Of a stretch of DNA of 64,000 nucleotides, positions 60,173 to 64,000 are shown one piece after another. Position numbers and translations under genes: made by a program. Each line of letters starts with the position of its first letter. The stretch's first letter is position 1. This DNA is from Candidatus Heimdallarchaeota archaeon (lineage in GTDB: Archaea > Asgardarchaeota > Heimdallarchaeia > Heimdallarchaeales > Heimdallarchaeaceae), in NCBI GenBank assembly GCA_021399345.1, contig JAAFKI010000154.1:24498-88497 (forward strand). The letters run 5' to 3'. A model generated the notes under the pieces. The model was not told the origin of the DNA. It did no database searches and saw only the letters and a program-made list of their open reading frames with translations.

Positions 60173-60661
60173 TTATAGGAGATATCCGTCTTCAGGTTCT
60201 TTTTCAACGGCTTTTTCCTTTACTCTAATTGATTCTCCAGAAAGAGTTACTGGAATTTGTAAATCCATTGCAAGAAGTTCTACAGTGACTTCCTCTTTTC
60301 CGACATGGATATCAGTAACTCTTGCTTTGGAACCTTTGAATGGTCCATTTATTACTTCTACAATGTCGTTAATATCCACACCCTCAATGACTGGTCTTGG
60401 CATTAAGAAATGATCTAACTCATCAATAGGGATTTCTTCAGCTCGAGAAGCTCTAGGTCGTTTTCGAACATGTCTTACACCTTCTACAAGGATTTCAACA
60501 TCATCGATGGATTCTGCCTCAACAAAAATGTATCCTTTTAACCCACCTGGCACTAAAACAGAATATATTTTAAGATGGGGTCTGTTTTCTGCTCTACGTG
60601 CTAAATATTCACTCAATGAATGTTCTTGACCTATTGTTGTTCTAAGAGCATAGATTGGCAT
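60173..60661 (-). CDS. spt5: Transcription elongation factor Spt5
   Basis: RTTIGQE, LKGYIFVEA, KOW motif VEVINGPFKG. Confidence 0.94.
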   Translation of the reverse strand: MPIYALRTTIGQEHSLSEYLARRAENRPHLKIYSVLVPGGLKGYIFVEAESIDDVEILVEGVRHVRKRPRASRAEEIPIDELDHFLMPRPVIEGVDINDIVEVINGPFKGSKARVTDIHVGKEEVTVELLAMDLQIPVTLSGESIRVKEKAVEKEPEDGYLL

Positions 60662-60702
60662 GATATCACTTCGTTTGTTATTTTTTATTATCTGAGGTAA
60701 AC

Positions 60703-60903
60703 TTAAGTTGGTGGATTAATTGCATTTATAATTGCATTAAATAGTAAGCTAAGAACATATCCAATCACTCCAATAAGGATTATACCAATTGCACTCATTT
60801 TTACTGTAATGGATAGTTCTCTTCTACTAGGCTTTTTTGCATGTCTAAGTACTTTTCTGCTGTTTATGAAAAAGCCTCGTATCTTATAGATCATTTTACT
60901 CAT
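60703..60903 (-). CDS. secE: Protein translocase SecE / Sec61 gamma
   Basis: RKVLRHAKKPSRRE followed by TM GIILIGVIGY. Confidence 0.92.
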   Translation of the reverse strand: MSKMIYKIRGFFINSRKVLRHAKKPSRRELSITVKMSAIGIILIGVIGYVLSLLFNAIINAINPPT

Positions 60904-60971
60904 AAATTGTGCCTCATTTATCTTTTTTATAATATATTTTTATTTGTTCTGTTGAGTAACAGCCAAAAGAC

Positions 60972-61469
60972 CTATTCCTCTGCAGCAGCTAGAAGCTCTG
61001 CATACTTGCCTGCATCAATTTCCTTTTGCACATCTCTGGGATCTTTATCTTCACAGGTTACACCCATGCATACCATTGTACCTAAAATCTCTTTACATGC
61101 AGCGGATATTGATCCAGCAGCTAAATCTGCCCATTTAGCTTTAGCGGCTTCTATAAGTTGTGGAAAAGTTATATTGCCAACTATCTCTGTATTAGGAGTT
61201 CCAGATGCTTTTGTTAAGTTTGCAGCTTTTAGTACTAATGCTGATGCTGGTGGAATACCAATTTCCAATTCAAACTCACGGGTTTTTTTATCAACTGTAA
61301 CTTTTACGGGAACTTTCATACCCTTGTAAGCTTCGGTTTGTTTGTTTATCTCACTGACAACTTTACCCATATTAACACCGAGTGGTCCTAAAGCAGGTCC
61401 CATAGCTCCACCAGGAGATGCTTGTCCTCCATCTACTAGTAAATCAACAGTCACTAGTTCTTTACTCAT
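60972..61469 (-). CDS. rpl11: 50S ribosomal protein L11 (uL11)
   Basis: GPALGPLG, GMKVPVKV, GIPPASAL, ILGT..MGV. Confidence 0.96.
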   Translation of the reverse strand: MSKELVTVDLLVDGGQASPGGAMGPALGPLGVNMGKVVSEINKQTEAYKGMKVPVKVTVDKKTREFELEIGIPPASALVLKAANLTKASGTPNTEIVGNITFPQLIEAAKAKWADLAAGSISAACKEILGTMVCMGVTCEDKDPRDVQKEIDAGKYAELLAAAEE

Positions 61470-61699
61470 TAGCTTCGCCTCATTTAATAATACTAACTTA
61501 AGACAGAAGCAAGATACTTGCTACTTAAAGGTAACGATTTTTAACTAAAGAGTTTTTCTTTGGAGATTAGGGTTAGTACTTTTAAGAAATATTCAAAGAA
61601 TAGGTTTTCATATCCCTTACACCTATTTTTTTTCTTTAATCAAAATATTTATAATGAAATCTTAGAGTTTCAACTCGTAATGTTTTGGAGTAAAAAACT

Positions 61700-61927
61700 A
61701 TGAGCATAAATAAACCGATGGATATCTTGAATCAAGCAAGAGAAAAAAGAGTATTAATTAGACTTCGAGGTAATCGTCGAATGAGAGGTATTCTCAAAAA
61801 CTACGATATTCATCTTAATCTAACATTAGAAGAAGCAGAAGAGATAGCTTCAGAAGGAGCAATAAAACTTGGAGACGTAATTATACGTGGCGATAACGTA
61901 ATTATGATTAGTCCCCCCCCTAAATAA
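61700..61927 (+). CDS. lsm: Sm/Lsm protein (SmAP1)
   Basis: GILKNYDIHLNLTLEEAEE, IRGDNV; upstream of rpl37e as in many archaea. Confidence 0.94.
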   Translation: MSINKPMDILNQAREKRVLIRLRGNRRMRGILKNYDIHLNLTLEEAEEIASEGAIKLGDVIIRGDNVIMISPPPK

Positions 61928-61947
61928 TTTCAAAAAGGTGAAAAAAA

Positions 61948-62112
61948 ATGACTAAGGGAACACCATCATTTGGAAGACATAACAAAAGATCAACTCACAT
62001 AATTTGTAGAAGATGTGGTCGTCATTCCTATCACAAAAGACATAAAACTTGTGCTTCCTGTGGTTTTGGACGATCTTCAAAAATCCGAAACTATGCATGG
62101 CACAGACACTAA
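61948..62112 (+). CDS. rpl37e: 50S ribosomal protein L37e (not in ORF track)
   Basis: [41 protein letters not shown]; AGGTGA RBS. Confidence 0.96.
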   Translation: MTKGTPSFGRHNKRSTHIICRRCGRHSYHKRHKTCASCGFGRSSKIRNYAWHRH

Positions 62113-62171
62113 AGGGTATGTATAAGTTTACTAGAATGAATTAACCTTTCTTTTTTAACTACTTCTAAAGT

Positions 62172-62248
62172 GGGCCGGTAGATCAGTCTGGAAGATCGCT
62201 TCCTTGGCATGGAAGAGGCCGCGAGTTCGAATCTCGTCCGGTCCACCA
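62172..62248 (+). tRNA. tRNA-Ala(GGC)
   Basis: G3:U70, CTTCC-TT-GGC-AT-GGAAG, CCA end. Confidence 0.96.
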
Positions 62249-62387
62249 CTTAAAATTTCTAAATTTGTATGTTTCTCCCAATGTATGTGAAAGAGACCAT
62301 AAAAAATGTTTAACTTTTCGAGCCTTCTAAACAAGGCTCATTGCGTGCTTAAATAAATTTATATATTGAGATTGTAGCTTAAAATTT

Positions 62388-64000
62388 ATGGAAAAATCTT
62401 ATGACGAGGACCTTGCTATATTAATGTCAGAAGCACGAGATTTGTTTAAAAGTGCTAATTATGCTGACTCTGCAAGGAAGTATTTGGAGGCTGCTAGAAA
62501 TCAGGAAGCAACTAGGGGGTTGGCACAAGCTGAGGACTTGTACCATGAAGCGATTAAGAATTTTATCCGAGCATCAGAAGAAAATAAAGAGAAGAAACAA
62601 TTTCGTATGAGTTCACAAAATATCTACTATGTTTCCTATATCTATAAAAAAATTGGAGCAGTAGATGATTGGAGAGCTGCAACAAATGCTGTGATCGAAG
62701 ATTTGGTTAATGCAGCACAAGAATATCTATTATGGAATGAATATGATAGAGGTATAGTATTAATCTCTACTGCATGCTTTTTCTTCTTCTCCATAGAAGA
62801 ATTTCAGTCTGCTGAACTACTTTATAAACAATACATTGAGCAAATTCAGGATGATCCTGGTTTTACTAGAGCTCAACAAGTTCTGTATGCAGCTGGTCAT
62901 GCCATTAAAGCTGTGAAAGATTCAGATACAACAGCTTTACTTAATGCTCAACAGCTAGTTGGTGGCCACTTAAAACCAGGACTATCACAAATTATGGGTG
63001 AATTATTCTTCCCAGCTATTGACGATGCTATGGATATTGTTGTGAAAAATTTCAGGTCAAAGGTTAAATTACCAAAAATTGTTCCTGAAGTAAAGATTTC
63101 TAGAGATTTAGTACTGGGAGAACCTGTAAACATATCCATAATTATTGAAAATGAAGGTGATGGTGAAGCATTTAATCTTGTTTTCAAACTCGATTTCCCA
63201 GAAGGAATCGATATCATTGATGGTGGAACAGAAATTACAATTGCTAATTTACCCGCTGGCCATTCAACTGAACATAAGCTCTCCATAAGTTGTTCACAAC
63301 CCAATGAAAAAGGAGTTTATGACCTAAGTGCCACAATTACATTCTATGATCAACTGCAAACCAAGCAAACAATGATGATAGGACCATATGATTTGATATT
63401 TAGAGAAAAAAGCTTAACGAAAGGATATGAGGTAGAACTAGCTGAATTATCTTCCAAGGGTTTAGAACTCAAGAATCTCATGAGGACAATAGAAATAATT
63501 CCTGAAATGGCTACAGATTTAGTTATGAAATTTGTTGAAGATTTGATTAAAGAATCAGAAGGGATTCTCAATAATGAAGAATTCGAAACTGCTCAAGCCA
63601 ATATTAACACCATTAATAGGGTTTTTGAAATAATCAACACAGTTTCAGGTGAAGAATTCTTAGATTTGGTTAACACTCAACGAGAGAACTTCATTGAGGA
63701 AAGAATTCTTTCGATTAGCGACAACCTCAAAGAAGAGTTTGAGGTACAGAAAAATCAATTGAAAGAGGATCAGCTCTTAGAAACTGAGAAATTAAAACAG
63801 GGTTTTGAAGAAGAAAAGGCACAATTGGAAGACAAATTCAATATTCAGAAAGAAAACGATCAAAGAGAACTCCTAGAACAATTAAAAGAGCAGCAGGAAA
63901 AGGAAATTGCTGATGTTACAGAAGAACTAAGGATTGAAAAGGAAAAAGCCCTTTCAGAACAAATGGAAAAACTCGATGAGGAGAAAAAACAAGCTTTGCA
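62388..64000 (+). CDS. Large protein, runs off window end: TPR/SNAP-like helical N-terminus, Ig-like domain, long coiled coil
   Basis: Open frame from ATG 62388: MEKSYDEDL...ANYADSARKYLEAA; GEPVNISIIIENEGDGEAFNL; E/K/Q-rich heptads at the end. Confidence 0.8.
   Translation, partial: MEKSYDEDLAILMSEARDLFKSANYADSARKYLEAARNQEATRGLAQAEDLYHEAIKNFIRASEENKEKKQFRMSSQNIYYVSYIYKKIGAVDDWRAATNAVIEDLVNAAQEYLLWNEYDRGIVLISTACFFFFSIEEFQSAELLYKQYIEQIQDDPGFTRAQQVLYAAGHAIKAVKDSDTTALLNAQQLVGGHLKPGLSQIMGELFFPAIDDAMDIVVKNFRSKVKLPKIVPEVKISRDLVLGEPVNISIIIENEGDGEAFNLVFKLDFPEGIDIIDGGTEITIANLPAGHSTEHKLSISCSQPNEKGVYDLSATITFYDQLQTKQTMMIGPYDLIFREKSLTKGYEVELAELSSKGLELKNLMRTIEIIPEMATDLVMKFVEDLIKESEGILNNEEFETAQANINTINRVFEIINTVSGEEFLDLVNTQRENFIEERILSISDNLKEEFEVQKNQLKEDQLLETEKLKQGFEEEKAQLEDKFNIQKENDQRELLEQLKEQQEKEIADVTEELRIEKEKALSEQMEKLDEEKKQAL

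Noticed and set aside
1-64000. CRISPR array for the large TnpB/Cas12-like protein
   Set aside because: No regularly spaced direct repeats seen near the gene or elsewhere in the window

Overview
AT-rich archaeal chromosomal segment, most likely an Asgard archaeon. This is inferred from archaeal information-processing genes (rpl11, secE, spt5, Lsm, rpl37e, dtdA, BHB-type tRNA introns) together with longin/uDENN-like and gelsolin-like ORFs and bacterial-type PlsY/DegV lipid genes. It carries about 55 mostly metabolic or housekeeping CDSs, a Dpp/Opp ABC operon whose first permease is fused to LVIVD repeats, and nine dispersed tRNAs, all with encoded CCA and two with introns. There is one decayed IS607-family element (tnpA remnant plus a large 642-aa TnpB). 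The most novel signals are non-coding. (i) Three dispersed homologous small-RNA candidates share a GAAGCUAGC...GCUAGCUUC panhandle, have variable interiors and have a TATA box at nearly identical spacing. (ii) There is an unassigned ~210-nt structured RNA with its own promoter. (iii) An ORB-containing intergenic region has no adjacent orc1/cdc6. (iv) A tRNA-Glu intron carries an antisense copy of its own anticodon arm. All protein calls come from motif recognition by eye; no database searches were run.
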